Below are positions 63,526-64,000 of a DNA stretch of 64,000 bases, in pieces. This DNA comes from Fimbriosthenelais zetlandica (lineage: Eukaryota). The stretch is from the NCBI GenBank assembly GCA_977030845.1, contig OZ365115.1:10230001-10294000 (forward strand), given 5' to 3'. The notes under the pieces are model-generated. The model did not search any database. It had not been told where the DNA came from and saw only the letters and a list, made by a program, of their open reading frames with translations. The position numbers and the translations under genes are program-made. How positions within the stretch are numbered: position 1 is the first letter of the stretch; every line of letters starts with the position of its first letter.

Positions 63526-63940
63526 GTGTCCCCATAACGTGATGCATCACGTTATGGTGACATTGATTTTTCCCTGTCAATTATCTATAATTAGAGAAAA
63601 CATTGAATATTATTATGTGAAGGTGTTAGGGTGAATTAGAAGCTTCAATATCACACAGCCTTTCACTGATCTAATAAATAAACTGTTTATAACAGACATT
63701 TAACCGTGCATCACGTTATGGAGACATAGCCTACCCCAAAAATATTTGTTAGTCCATATTGAGGGTCCTAGAGCCAGAAATCCATGAAATTTGAAATTTG
63801 AAATTTAATTATATTATAGTAATACTATACTAAGTGTGTACGTACACCAAAGTCATATTTCCTATTTTTCTTCATGTTTGCATCGTAGTACAGATTAAAA
63901 TACATAGGCATCACGTTATGGCGACATAACCTGCCCCAAA
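63526..63940. repeat. Spaced repeat of gcatcacgttatgg.gacat with a 26-bp perfect palindrome
   Basis: ccataacgtgatgcatcacgttatgg at 63532-63557; motif recurs at ~63708 and ~63909, the latter two followed by similar ..cct.ccccaaaa. Confidence 0.65.
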
Positions 63941-64000
63941 ATACTTTAATTCAAAATTACAGTTAAAAATAGGTTTAGTTGATTTTTAAATATTGTTTAT

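Overview
This is an AT-rich, intron-rich animal genomic window, probably from an invertebrate deuterostome such as an echinoderm. That is an inference from vertebrate-like exon lengths in the Kv-beta gene and frequent TAGGCCTA/TACATGTA words. Two genes converge tail-to-tail. On the + strand are the last 10 coding exons of XRN1 (1-6384), ending in KRKQRSRLAANFGNQS*. On the - strand is a voltage-gated K+ channel beta subunit gene (KCNAB/Hyperkinetic, aldo-keto reductase fold). Its 328-aa core is fully reconstructable from exons between 21780 and 12539, and candidate alternative N-terminal exons lie at about 23.1, 30.4 and 39.1 kb in a >40 kb 5' region with no other recognisable protein gene. Three features of the Kv-beta gene stand out. 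(1) Its stop codon is TGA-CTAG, the canonical readthrough context, followed by 72 open GC-rich codons. (2) That extension ends in a CaaX-like motif, CSLQ*. (3) Two tandem, diverged 95-nt exons encode alternative versions of the NADPH-binding segment and can only be used mutually exclusively. The introns carry a very young 1.28-kb non-autonomous LTR element (TRIM-like) with LTRs, PBS, PPT and TSD, three MITEs with distinct TSDs, and decayed LINE fragments. All assignments come from manual reading and remembered family motifs; no database searches were run.
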